Origin: Pocillopora damicornis
Taxonomy: Eukaryota
Direction: 5' to 3'
Length of the DNA: 64,000 nucleotides
NCBI RefSeq assembly: GCF_003704095.1
Contig: NW_020847344.1
Coordinates: 355,696-419,695 of the forward strand
This document shows positions 25,784 through 37,535 of this stretch, piece by piece. A program made the position numbers and the translations under genes. Under the pieces are notes generated by a model, which had not been told where the DNA came from, did not search any database, and saw nothing but the letters and a program-made list of their open reading frames with translations. Position 1 is the first letter of the stretch. Every line of letters begins with the position of its first letter.

Positions 25784-26149
25784 CGTCTTGGAATATGCTT
25801 TTAAGAGGCAGCAAAGAAGATCCTGATCGCTGTATTTTATCTAAGTAGTTCTCCAGTGCTTAGCATTTCAATGTAAACTAAATTCCAAAACGGAACTCGA
25901 GTTCCAGCAATATACCTCTAGGGTAATGCAACGCGAAGTATCAATTTTGGACTTTAGCGGGAGTTCTATACAATGCCATATTTGGAACAAACACTCCAAA
26001 TATGGAGTAACCGTGGCGGACCCCAGAGAAGACGATGAGAGACTGGAAATAACAACTTTCTGTAAGATTTGCATAACATTCGTTTTCTCTGCACAAGTCG
26101 GACGGGTTGTGGTGACCTCTCTTAATTACATCGATTCAAGAGGAGAATA
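25784..26149. promoter_or_regulatory. Putative bidirectional promoter shared by CCNJ (minus) and MVP (plus); contains a palindromic pair of CArG-like boxes
   Basis: The CCNJ ATG at 25783 and the MVP ATG at 26150 are 366 bp apart. CCATATTTGG and CCAAATATGG (~25971-26012) are exact reverse complements separated by 10 bp, and each fits CC(A/T)6GG. TTTAGCGGGAG is E2F-like. Confidence 0.5.
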
Positions 26150-29100
26150 ATGAGTAATATTGTCCGGATTCAGCCTATGCAATATATTCATCTTCTAGAT
26201 CTGGTAGGTACATCGTAGTTATGCATTTGGATTATTTGCTCACTGACTCGCTCCTAACTGTTCTTCTATGGGGAGGAATTCTTCAGGGAGTTTGTAAGTT
26301 CTAAAATGTTCAGCTGCTAATCGTCGATGATTCCAAATGGTTTTTATCTAAGTAGTGACATTTTAATTCTGTCAATCTCTCCGTTTTGCCAGTTGATGCA
26401 GCTATTAAGGGCAAAAGAGCACAATATTTCGACAAAAATCGAAATGTATGTTCTGAAATTTTGAAAAGTTTCAATTTCGCTTAATTTTACGTAGCTTATC
26501 AGTTAAAGTTACTAATTCCACTTTTCCATGGGGATTTGAACGTTAAATGCTCCTAGATATTGAATGCATTAGCTCTACCAAATATCTTCTGAACTAAGTA
26601 TATTTTTCTTCGTATTGTGTTTAAAATGTTCTTCTTGTTCTTTCTTCTCACCTGGGAAAGTGAAACAGTTTTCGTGACGTCAATAGTGTTGGACGTCACA
26701 CCTGGGGGTGTAACCCTGCTGAAGTTGATAACAACAAGTAAACCGAGAATGAAATCAAACTAAGACAGATATGAAAGTAACTAGTTACATAGTCAGTTGG
26801 CTTTCTTCATCCTATGAGTCCTTTTGCTATTTTTAGAACACTAATGTGACTGTACTGGAAGTGGGTCCAAAGAGTTTGATTCTACAGGATAATCACCAAT
26901 TAGTGGCTGGTCCTTTGCCATTTGTTGTCATTCCACCAGGTCATTACTGTGTCATACAAAACCCAGTCAAGTGAGTCCTAAAAAAACTATTTTTGTGTTA
27001 TTTCTACAGTTATCTCCCTGAATATTTGTGATCTCAAACCATAACTGCATTTTCTCTTGCACATTTTAGACAGCCTTGTGAACCAGGAAAACAGTGTGAC
27101 TTGAACCATGGGCACAGAGAAATGAGATTTTTCAAGGTTTAAATAGTTTCTGTTACAAATGATGACTCTTCATATTTTTCTTAATGATTTAATGCATTTG
27201 GGTATCGAAGAAGCCTGTAATTTTACTTTGTGGTTTTTATCGTTTAGGAACCATTCCCTCTTTATCCTGGTGAAGCCATTGAAGGAGCAAGAAAAATGTC
27301 TGGTAGGTGTCCAGTTTGTTGATTTAGATTCATATTAATGTGTATGTTAAATTACATTATGGACAGTACTTTGTGATATCTTTGGAGTACAATTGTACAG
27401 AAGTGCTAGGACAGGTGATTCCTCTGAGGCAAACAATCCTTGATTAAAAATTAGTTACCTTTTCTAATTTGATTGCACAGGTGGTAAGTCTGGAATCAAG
27501 GCTCTCCCAGTTATTGGACCCGATGAAGGTCTTCAGTTAAAAGCCATTGTAGATCATATAGATGGTGAAGAGGAGCGAAAGGCAGGAGATATGTGGCAGC
27601 TGGAGGGACCTCTGACTTACAGACCAACACCATATGCAGTATGTTAATATTAAATGAAACAACTTATTTCTAAGAAATTTATTTTAACCTTTATCTATGA
27701 AAACAGCTTTGTTATGGGTGACTTTCCTTCAGTCTATTTAACGTCAGAAACGGCTGTAATTTCCTGCAGAAAATTGAAAAAAGAGTAAGACCTTGTATCA
27801 TCAAACATGGAGAAGCCTTGCGGCTGAAGGCCAGTCAGGGATTAGTGGATAAGACAGGAAAGTGAGTTAAATGAATTAATTCAGAGTAAACAAAGCAAAC
27901 CTTGGTTACTATTTTTATATAGTTAGTAACTGTAGAACTCAGGTAAACATAAACAAGAGAAATTTTCTCAAGGAAAAACCAATTTGGTATCAAGAAACTG
28001 AACTGGAATAGCTATGGTAGTAAGTTGTGGTTTTGAGATTTGCTTGCTTGTACTTAAATGCATTATGATTGTCAGTATAGAATTGACCTGTGAGAATTTA
28101 ATCAAATTGTTCATTGGTTTTTAGTTTGATGGAGGGAAAAAAATTTACCTTAGTATTAAAAACTATTCACTTAAGTGGAGGTGTATATTTACCAGGCTGC
28201 TAAGCATCAAGATAAATATCCACTGTTAGCCACTAATGTTAATTGTTGTTTTGGTGTATACTGAAACATTGAGATAATAAAGCACAACTAGATGATTTTA
28301 CCTGATTTATTCCTGCAATGGTTACAAAATTTTCAGATGCAAATCTTGTGCAAGTTGCTTTGAGGTGGATGACAAAGGATATTTGCAGTTTGAGTCCCCA
28401 ATCAGAGCATGCCTTCAATGCTATCCATTGTTTTACTGCATGTATACCAAAATCACATATATTATCCATTTACTTACCAAAAGTAATTTTATTTGCTGTA
28501 TATTAGTCAAGTGTTATATGATAATAGCAATTCCTTCTATGATGTAATAATTTGATCATTCTTGGATATGAATTTTAACTTCATTTAACTTCATTTCCTT
28601 TGTAGGAATCGTGTTACATCTGAGCAATGGTTAATAAGAGATCTTGGAGCTTATTTGCCTGGGGCCTATGAGGAGGTAAGTAGCCAACAAACCTTTGTCT
28701 AGTAAGAGTAACTGGACACTAGATTAGGACCATAACTATGATGCAATTTGTGCATCATCATCATTTTTGATGGATACTCTAACTAATTGGCTTAGGTATA
28801 ATCTAAAAAAAATAATATTTATATTACTGCCCCTGTTAGCCTGCACACCAGAAAAATATTTCCTTTGTCATTTAGTGACCAATGTTTAAACTGTGTAGAA
28901 AGTCAGTAAACACAAAGTGAGACACATAACCTCCCACAAGTTTTCCAAACCTTTTTGTAAACCTTTTTGCAATCTTAACAGGTGGGTGTTAAGTGTGTCT
29001 TTACTCTATTTCCACAACCAAATTGAAGGCAGTTTTTTCTGAAAAAAGTCCATCACTATATTGTGTTGCTAAGGGTAATCCATATGAAACAAGTAAGACT

Positions 29101-32100
29101 TAATATTTTGCAGTAAACAAATTTTTTTCTCCTATGCAAGCAATAGTGAGCACACTAAAACATGGAGGGTAGGGATATTGGGGGCTCTTTGCCCCCAAAA
29201 CTTCATTAAATGGGCTGATGTAGCCCTCCTTTCCTCTCCTGCCCTGCTGCCATCATTTAAGTTTCTGTCAGTGATGACTTATTCCATTCTTCTTCAGGTG
29301 GTGGGTGTAGAGAAAGCTCACACTCTGACAGAGACAATAGCCTTGCACATGAGAGCAAAACAGACGTGCATTGATGCACTTGGGAAAAAGAGGTTGGGAA
29401 TTATATTTTATCAGACAAGTGTAAAATTAAGTTGATGTGTTGAGTAGCTGTAAAGATATCAGACTTGGTTTCACTCTATGAATTATGGCTCATTTTAATA
29501 ACTGTAGTCATTCTGTAATAATCATTTAGTTGCTTTTTGCAAAAGTGCAAGTTTGCATTGATCTTTAGATTATTAATCAGACTGTCTAAAAACCAAATGT
29601 GAGAAATATGTTTGTTAGAAATGCAGGAGAGGAGTGGCTTGTTACCTCTGAGGATACAGAGATGTATATACCTGAAGTGTTTGAGGTAAAGTAGACAACT
29701 GAGTAGTATGAGAGCTATGTTATAATTGTTAATTCTTCTTTATCAAAACTGAAGACCAATTAAGTACAACAGCACATTCAAGGAAACTCCTTTAATGTGT
29801 TGTTTGAAATTAACAGGAAGTTGTTGCTGAAGTGACTCAGACAGTTTTGTCTCGTAAAGAATACTGTATTGTTATGGACCCTGTTGATAGCAAAGGCCGT
29901 AACCAGCTGGGCAAGAAAGAACTTCGCAAAGGAGTGGCCTCTTTTTTCTTACATCCAGGTAATTCTTAAGATTAAAAAGCAAACATTCAAAATTGGTGAA
30001 GCAACCATTTGATGGTATTATCTATCACCATTCTATCAATGACTGTTGATTGGTGAAGAAGGAAAGGAGCTCTGATTGAGTTAAGAAGGGCAATGCATGC
30101 TGTGATCATTTTACAGGGGCAACAAACACTAAAAGGAATGTCATATATTAAGTGACAATTCATTGGAGGATTGTTTAAATAACACATTCTTGTATAAATT
30201 TTGTGATTGCCAGGAGAAGACTTGGATGGTGGAATATTGAATTCTTATATCCTGGAGGCAGATGAAGCCTTGGTATTGTCAGCAGTGGATCATTTTGATG
30301 AAAAATATGCAAAGAGTGAGTGATTGCTACAAATGACATATAGTTAAAGATTTATGCATGGATAATAACTATTCTTTGAAGCATCCCTTAACTCTCAAGG
30401 AAACTCTGGAGAGTTCAAGAAAAAAGGCAGTCCAAAATCACCCTGGGAAAGGACTATAGAGAGAACAACTCAGGACTCTAGACCCAGCTGGAAGCAGGCA
30501 TTGTGGCTTTAAGAAGATTTAAAGGAAAGAAGCTAGTCAATGTCCTGTGCACCACTTGATGGGGAGAGGACTGATGACAATGATGACGATGATGACGATG
30601 ATGATGATGATAACCCTTTTCAAATCATGATGATGATAACCCCTTTCAAACCATCTGGAAGTTGTTCATCGTATGTTTTCTAAAATTCCCCATATAATGA
30701 CTGTACTGTGTTGATTTGTGATATTTATCCTTTCAGAGAAGTATCATCGTTCTCCAGGGGACCGCTGGATGATATTTGGTCCAGTTGAATACATTCCACC
30801 AATAGAAGTTGCTGTTAAAGCAAGAAGGTCTGGAGAGCTGTTTTTAATAAGTGTTGATGGCATTTTTTTCTTGAGTTGGGATGGTTTGAGACTTGACATT
30901 GGGATGGTTTGAGACGTGACATTGGGATGGTTTAAGACATGGTAGTTTGCTGGTTTGCAAGTTGGACTGTTGGGCTACCCAAACAGTCCATTTGGTTGTG
31001 ATGGTTAGATCATCTGTTGTCCATGATACTGACTGTCTTTTCAAAAGTCTGAGTAGAAGTTCTAGCATCAGCTTCACTTTACCTGATTACATCCACTCAG
31101 TTTGTCAAAATGTCACTTGCCCCTGTTTCCAACAACTTTTCATATCATGACTACTTTCACAGGATAATCAGACCACGTGATCAACTGTTACTGGTTCAAA
31201 CCACGTATATTGATTTGTGACTATTGTAAATGAATTATATGGGCAATCAGGAAAAAAGTAATAGAGAACAGACCACTACCAGTACCTGTAAGAGTTTATG
31301 ATCTTAAGTAAGCAGGGAAGCAGTGATCACAAAATACTTTTATTGTTATCTTTCCAAGATGTTTAATTAACATTCTGACTTAATCTGTATTATTTATTTC
31401 AATAGGAAGGCTGTCCCTCTTTGTGAAAATGAAGGGATTTATGTTAGGGACACACAGAGTGGTGCAGTGAGTAGTTACCTTTGGTTTAATTAATTATTGA
31501 TAATTATTAAGTTCTCACAGTGTTCATCTTTGTAATTTTGTCTCAGGTACGTGCTGTCATGGGACCACAAGCATATCTACTGGGGGCCTATGAGGAATTA
31601 TGGGAAAAGGACCTCACTGATGATGTGGAAAATATTCTTAAGTTTGTCTTCCGTAGTATTGGTTTTCTATATTCTTTTGTTGCTGTGAAAATGCATTTGT
31701 CTTGGTTAGTTTGTCTTCTTTAATTTTCTCTGTGTCTATCATATGAACTGGTAAACTGATTGTGTTTGAAATGTTAAAGGGTATTTGTACAGTAACATTT
31801 TAGAAACTGACATTTTCATTCATCTAATGTTCAGGAATGGTGGAGGCATTGGCTCTGGTGACATTCGGAAAATGGCATACTTTGAATCTTCTATGAATCC
31901 CTCATTCACAAGAGCTGAGGTGTGTGCCAAGTTATTTGCTTGCAACCCATTAAAGCAAAGACCAAGGGAAACATTTCTTTACTTTCGGAAAGAATTGAAT
32001 TGTAAAAAAAAAAAACAACAAGAAATAAAAATTAATGATGGAATAAAAAAGCTATTCATTGATATTATATATTTTAACTGTAAGATGTATGTTCTCCATT

Positions 32101-35100
32101 CAGGGAAGAGATAAGACTCAAGTTATTGTTTACCGCTGCCCAGGATATACTGCTGTTCAGGTAATTCTCCTTTTGCTATCCATGAAAACATATTTACAAC
32201 ATTTCATAAGCCCTTAAATTTCCTCATACATGAAGAGAAATGCAATGAGAACAATATTTTTGATGTGCTTTTCTCAGGTGTACGACTATTTAAGGAAAAC
32301 TGCAAGAGTCATCTTTGGACCAGACCTGGTATGTAGAAAAGTGAATGATTTCCATTATAATTTATTGTTACATTATGACTACGATGATATGGAAAATGAC
32401 TGATAGGAGGCCCCAACCACTTTGATTCATCAGCAGTCTAATTACTAGCAATCACTCACTTGTTTATCCAGCACCTTTCTGGCTGGTAACATGGAATTTA
32501 ACCCTCTGACCCCGAAGAGTGATCAGCATCTAGTTTCTCCTTACAATATCATCTAGGAACCAAACAGTCTCTTTGGCTCAGTGGTTGGAGCATCAGAGTG
32601 CAGAATCCAAAGGTCTGAGGTTCGATTCCTCATGGGGACTCAGAATTTTTCTTTGTCCCATGCTCATGACCAGACAAAAAAAACCATCTTTCTCCACACA
32701 TTAAGGTCATGAGAATAAATGAGATCACCAACTAAAACAAATTCTCCTTGCCAGCACCTCAGAAAATGTAGACAGAACAGAAAAGAAAATATGCATACTG
32801 ATTTTAGGGTGGAAAGGGTTCTTGAAAGCCTCTTGTTCATTTTTGTGCTTTTTGTATTTCAGGTTGTACTTGGACCACATGAGAACTTCAATGTGCTTAG
32901 CTTGAGTGGTGAGTGAACTTTCTATTCCTTTTCTTTCACTTCAAAAACCTATGCCACAACAAAACACATAGTCTTTCTGTGTATTACACAAAATAATTTT
33001 CCTTCATGAGTAATCTTATCAACCTGTTGACTTAAATTACCAGCTGGGAAACCTAAGAAGCCAAACGCCTTGAAAACCATCTGTCTGATGCTGGGAACGG
33101 ATTTTATAACAGATATTATAGAGGTAGGCAGTTAGTGTCTGTGTATCACTTGGTCTGCTACGTTTTCCCGCGCTTCAGGTAATGTGCCTTTTTCCACTTT
33201 CTCATTGGCTACTGATAATGTAAATCTTTTTTCTGATTGGTCGTCGGGATTACTTTGAGTTTGGTTCTTCGTCACTCAATTGAAAAATGCTCTATTTCAC
33301 TTCATTTCCACTTGTTAATACTCATTTATTTTTATTGCAGGTGGAAACATCTGACCATGCTAGGCTTAAGATCAGAATTGCAATGAACAACTTCTTTGAG
33401 GTAATTTGGTTTTTGAATTCTCTTAAGACGTTCAGTTACTTGTGAGCCAATCATCTTTCAGAATCTGGGAGAAGGCTAACTTGGTTTGGTGTACTTTCAG
33501 GTCGAGAGAGGGAATAATGAGTCAGAACAGGCAATTTTTTCTGTCCCAGATTATATTGGAAATGCTTGCAAGAGTGTTGGTAAGATACAGTATTACTCTG
33601 ATTCAAAAAGATAAACCTAGCATTTCTTTAAAGGGCTTTTCCAATTGGTTAAGAACTAAAACTCTTCTATAGATAAGTCTCCCGCTCTTTCCCCACCCTC
33701 TCCGCCCACCATTTATTAAGCATAAAAATGGAAGGTATGTGTGTTAAAAGAAACTTGCTTTCTTTCTCCATATTTAGCCAGTAGAATCCGCGGAAAAGTA
33801 GCACAAGTAGCGTTTGATGAATTTCATCGCCATTCCACATCTCTCATTAAGAAGGCCGTGTTCGGAGTCGAGAAAGATGGAACAATCAAACAACGCCTTC
33901 GATTTGACGCTAATCAACTGGTAAGGGAATGAAAAGCATTCTTTGTCGTCAGTTGAAGTCGATTTCTTCTAAAATAATCTTATCGGGACTTTTTTAATCC
34001 TGTTAAGTTGTATCAAGACACATGAACGCTTTTGGCACAGAATTCCTTGTAAAATTGCTTGAAAAGAAGACATTTGACCTAAAAAAGGCAAAGTCTAGTT
34101 CTAGCTTGTTTTAATACATGAGGTCAAGTTACGAATGGAAAAGTAGGAGTTGTTTTCCTTTTTTTTTTAATCACCAGGTGGTAACTAATGTTGACATCCA
34201 AAGCATCGAGCCTGTGGATTTGCAAATGAGTGAAAGCCTCAGTAAATCTGTTCAAATGGCCATTGAGATTTCTACAAAGTAAGTTCAGCAACCTTCCTTT
34301 CCAAGAAGCAACTTTCTACGTCAACACCCTATGATTGACTAGCATCTAATTTCTCCTTACAATAATATCCCTTAATCAATCATTAAGGTCACGTGAAAAA
34401 AGAAATGATTACCGACTAATGGAGCTCTTGATTGTTAAAAAAATTCTCCTTGTCCACACTAAGGAAATGTATAGAGAACAGTATAGAGAATATACATAAG
34501 GATGTAAAGATGTAAAGGGTTAAAAGACGCTGACTGTAAGTGGGCGCTAGGTGAGCAACGAGCCGGTGAAGTGTATCCTAGTATCGCTAGCAGTGGATGC
34601 GATGGTTGTATAGTTGGTAGTGTAAGGAGAAAATGAAACTGACCATAGTAGAGTTTACATATCAGGTCCATTGAGCGAGCTGCTGAACATGAAGCTAAAA
34701 GAACAGAACAAATGGCGAAAGGATTGTTAGAAAGACAGAAGCTTACTAACGAGAAGGTTCGTGCTGTGAAGGAGCTTACAACAAAGAAAGGACCAGTTTA
34801 TTATAAACTTGTGTTACGCGAATCAGTGATGGTAAAGGGTTTAGAAGCTGTTTTATCCACATCCAGTATTGTGGCCTGGGTTCCACTCCCGATTCTCAAG
34901 ACTAGATTTTGTTGAGTTCAGGCGCTTAATCCGCAATTTCTCTTGATTCCATAGTCTTCTCCTGTGCACAAATATTATGGTGATGTAGAAAAATTCCATC
35001 TCTCTGGATATTTCTCTCAGGGCCAAAGTCAAATTTATGTTTTTAAACTTGCCATAGCACCGCTTATGTTTTTATTAAGTGTTTTTGTCAATAGCCATTC

Positions 35101-37535
35101 GCTCTGATGAAGGGCTAACGCTCGAGACGTCAGCTTTGAAACTCTTTGCGCTGGCCAATTTACGTTATCAACTCAGTTGATAATACTAAATTACCCTATT
35201 TTTCCTTTTACCAAGTTGTTAGGAGAAGGGCAATGGAGTTTGGAGGGGGTTGCTTCCCTTTAAAACCTTTATTGGGTCGGAGTGGATGAATTTACAAATG
35301 CATTTATAACTTGACGAATAGATTTATTACTTTATTACACCCATTTTGAAATCACTGGTGGTCCCTGTAATCTGATTGGCTCTAATCGGTGCGATTTATT
35401 CACGAATCACATCATTCTTTGCTTTAAATCACATCTTTTTCCCAGCTAATGAGAAGGCTACACTAAAAACAAAACAACCAATCAGATTTCAAGGCTTTTT
35501 TAAAGTAACCTATCAAATTTCAAGAAAATAAAAGACAAATAGTATCATGTGGCAAATTTTGCAACGTTTGTTTCTAAAACTCTTATTCCCCCCCCCCCCT
35601 AAAATGGATGAATTTAATTTCAAATCAGCTCAGTACTGCATCAATAAAATAATTGAACTGACCAAGCCTGTATTTGGGCGATTTCAAAGTGGATGTAATA
35701 AAGTGATAATTGGACCTCGTGTCGTGCAATTTTGGTCTGAAATCATACTTGTGATTTCAAATCACGCGTATGATTTCAGCCCAAATTGTACTCCACTCAG
35801 TTCAATAACCATTATTAATTATACTCATTTTTCATTGTGAAAATAGAAATGGTAATTAAAAACGTGTCTTTCTCATTAGGAAGCTGAAAATGCGCGAGTG
35901 AAGTTATTTGAACTGAGAGCGATTACTGCCGCAGTAGAATCTTCAGGACAAACTAAATCTGAGGCACAGGTCAGCCAACTTCATATATACCCACCCTTTG
36001 CATACATATTGCTAATTTTCTGATTTTGTGGGACTTTTCAGAATTCTTCATATGACGCTTCTTTCGATAATGTACAAGTTCGTGTTTGTTTGTTTCATTT
36101 CAACAACCTCTTCGAGATTTAAATCAACGTTACTGTAGTAACAAAATGTTCTTATTATTCCAAAAGGCTCAGGCAGAACGTTTGCTTATTGAAGGGGAGA
36201 GTGCAATAGAAGGTATAGACGAGTTTGGTCGTGGAAGTTGTGCTTTACTTACGAGTAGTGTACGGGGGCACTATGGTCTACAGGCAATCAGATGAGATTA
36301 TTTTGTACCACTTGCGTCATTTCCGCGCAGCGTAACAGTATTAATCCTTGCTTGACACTTAGGCATGACAAAGAGATTGAGTTATTTCAAATCACCATCT
36401 TTGAGGCCAATCCGGCCATATGAATGGTTTATTTGTACCATGTGGTACAAAATACTCCTCTCTGATTGGCTGTGTATCATAGTACCCCTGTATACCACTC
36501 ATACATTATAGAAAGTGCAGATATGTTTGATTCTAACGTAGCTTTTCCCGTGTGTTTAGTCGCTAAACTCAAAGCAGAAGCTGCTGAAGTTGAGCTACTT
36601 GCTGAGTTAGAATCTCAAAGAATGGTGAGTTGGAGGATAATTGATCAGATGCAACTGTAGCGGAATGCGTGTATATCTTATCATTTCTCATTCCTTATTT
36701 AAGGAGAAAGATGGGGAACTCGAACACCAGAAGCGACTTAATGAACTCGATCTACAGAAGGCCAAAGAACTGGCAGAAATCGAGGTTTGTAGCATTGTGT
36801 TCTGGCATCAATTTCAAAGTGGTCATGACTCGTATCAAGAGAATATTTATATCCTCGTGCTTATTTTCAAACTCGATCATTATCGTAGACTGACAAGTTT
36901 GCCGCCATGGTGGAAGCCTTGAGTGCAAAGACGATCCGTAAGATTGCGCGCTCTGGTCCTGAGTCAGAGGTGAGGTTTAAACTTTACACTGTTACGCTGG
37001 GAGCGTTTTAATAACAGCGGAGGACGGATGGAGATGATTTTGAAGATGTAATTATTTGGTTGCTAACCAATATCTTAATCTTCGATGTTATGTGCGGGCT
37101 TGTGTTCTTTTTATCTAAATTTTAATACCTTTATTCGTACTTTTTCCGCGCTTATCTTCGTTTATGACTTGGCGTGCTTTTCCCGCGCTTTTTACGGATC
37201 ACATGTTTTGGTTTGATTTGCTCCCGGTTACTTCTGTTACCGCGTGTGTTGTGACGATCACTTAAAAAAAATTGAAAGTATTCCACCACGAGTAAAAATT
37301 GATAAAATCTACCAACTTCTCTTAAGCGTGGTAAACATTGCAACGCAACGCGGTAAATGGAAAGATATGACCCGAACTATATAGATATGTATTCTTTTAT
37401 ACTCTGCCGTTTTATCGACAGGCCGGGCTCCTCAAGGGACTGGGAATACAGAATGTCCTCATTACTGATGGAAAAACGCCTCTCAACCTGTACCAGTCCC
37501 CAAGCGGCTTTTCCCAGCCGGCAATGATGAGCTAG
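26150..37535 (+). CDS. MVP: Major vault protein; 30 coding exons, CDS join(26150..26203,26837..26970,27070..27136,27248..27302,27481..27638,27770..27861,28606..28675,29298..29392,29619..29685,29817..29958,30214..30315,30737..30827,31406..31466,31547..31641,31835..31919,32104..32160,32278..32328,32863..32908,33054..33124,33341..33400,33500..33578,33778..33920,34178..34278,34666..34756,35880..35969,36167..36212,36560..36624,36704..36784,36889..36969,37422..37535), 2544 nt / ~847 aa
   Basis: The exon translations are collinear with vertebrate MVP. They run [18 protein letters not shown] / [44 protein letters not shown] / …[18 protein letters not shown] / [53 protein letters not shown] / …[23 protein letters not shown]. 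They continue …[20 protein letters not shown] / [47 protein letters not shown] / …[24 protein letters not shown] / [20 protein letters not shown] / [23 protein letters not shown]…, then / [17 protein letters not shown] / [15 protein letters not shown] / [26 protein letters not shown] / [20 protein letters not shown] / …[36 protein letters not shown] / [33 protein letters not shown]. The C-terminal helical exons end …[37 protein letters not shown]. Every junction has GT…AG and all phases chain to a 2544-nt frame. Confidence 0.9.
30572..30660. repeat. (GAT)n/(GAY)n trinucleotide microsatellite followed by a tandemly duplicated ~33-bp unit (ccctttt/tcaaa[tc]catgatgatgataac), MVP intron
   Basis: gatgacaatgatgacgatgatgacgatgatgatgatgataacccttttcaaatcatgatgatgataacccctttcaaaccatc. 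Confidence 0.7.
30876..30942. repeat. 23-bp tandem repeat x3 (TTGGGATGGTTTGAGACNTGACA), MVP intron immediately 3' of exon 12
   Basis: ttgggatggtttgagacttgaca ttgggatggtttgagacgtgaca ttgggatggtttaagacatgg. Confidence 0.7.
32556..32690 (+). repeat. tRNA-derived SINE-like element, copy 3 (…TGGCTCAGTGGTTGGAGCATCAGAGTGCAGAATCCAAAGGTCTGAGGTTCGATTCCTCATGGGGAC…caaaaaaaacc), MVP intron
   Basis: It has an A-box and a B-box GGTTCGATTCC with a poly-A end. It directly abuts a fragment of the TTTCTCCTTACAATATCA repeat family at 32496-32555. Confidence 0.5.
33140..33262. repeat. Dispersed element carrying E2F-like (GTTTTCCCGCGC) and NF-Y CCAAT-box (CTCATTGGCT, TCTGATTGGTC) motifs; copy in MVP intron
   Basis: Homologous copies lie at 60488-60690 (…CGTTTTCCCGCACAGTC…CTCATTGGCTCT…TCTGATTGGCTGT…) and 37135-37235 (…TTTTTCCGCGC…GCTTTTCCCGCGCTTTTTAC…). 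Confidence 0.5.
34318..34540 (+). repeat. Interspersed ~200-bp repeat family (core …GA(C/T)TAGCA(T/C)CTAATTTCTCC(T/A)TACAATATCA…ATTAAGGTCAC…AGAACAGTATRGAGAATATACA…); five copies in window
   Basis: Full copies lie at 34318-34540 (MVP intron) and 56498-56700 (intergenic). There is a diverged copy at 58360-58540 (DUSP11 intron 1), and 5' fragments at 20690-20800 (DCLRE1A intron) and 32496-32555. The copies align over >150 bp with ~75-85% identity. Confidence 0.55.
35280..35790. repeat. Inverted-repeat (MITE-like) element in an MVP intron with TGAAATCAC / GTGATTTCAAATCAC ends and an internal CTGATTGGCT
   Basis: Near 35335 is …cccattttgaaatcactggtggtccctgtaatctgattggctc…. Near 35745 is …gtgatttcaaatcacgcgtatgatttcagcccaaattg…. 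Related sequence lies at 36330-36470 (…atttcaaatcacc…ctctctgattggctgtg…). Confidence 0.35.
37135..37235. repeat. E2F-motif-bearing element copy (two TTTYCCGCGC sites) just 3' of MVP
   Basis: ctttttccgcgcttatcttcg…gcttttcccgcgctttttacgg. Confidence 0.4.

Noticed and set aside
32556-32640. tRNA-like sequence (TGGCTCAGTGGTTGG…GGTTCGATTCC)
   Set aside because: A- and B-box motifs are present, but the 5' and 3' ends cannot pair into an acceptor stem and it is followed by a poly-A tail. I interpreted it as a SINE head, not a functional tRNA gene.
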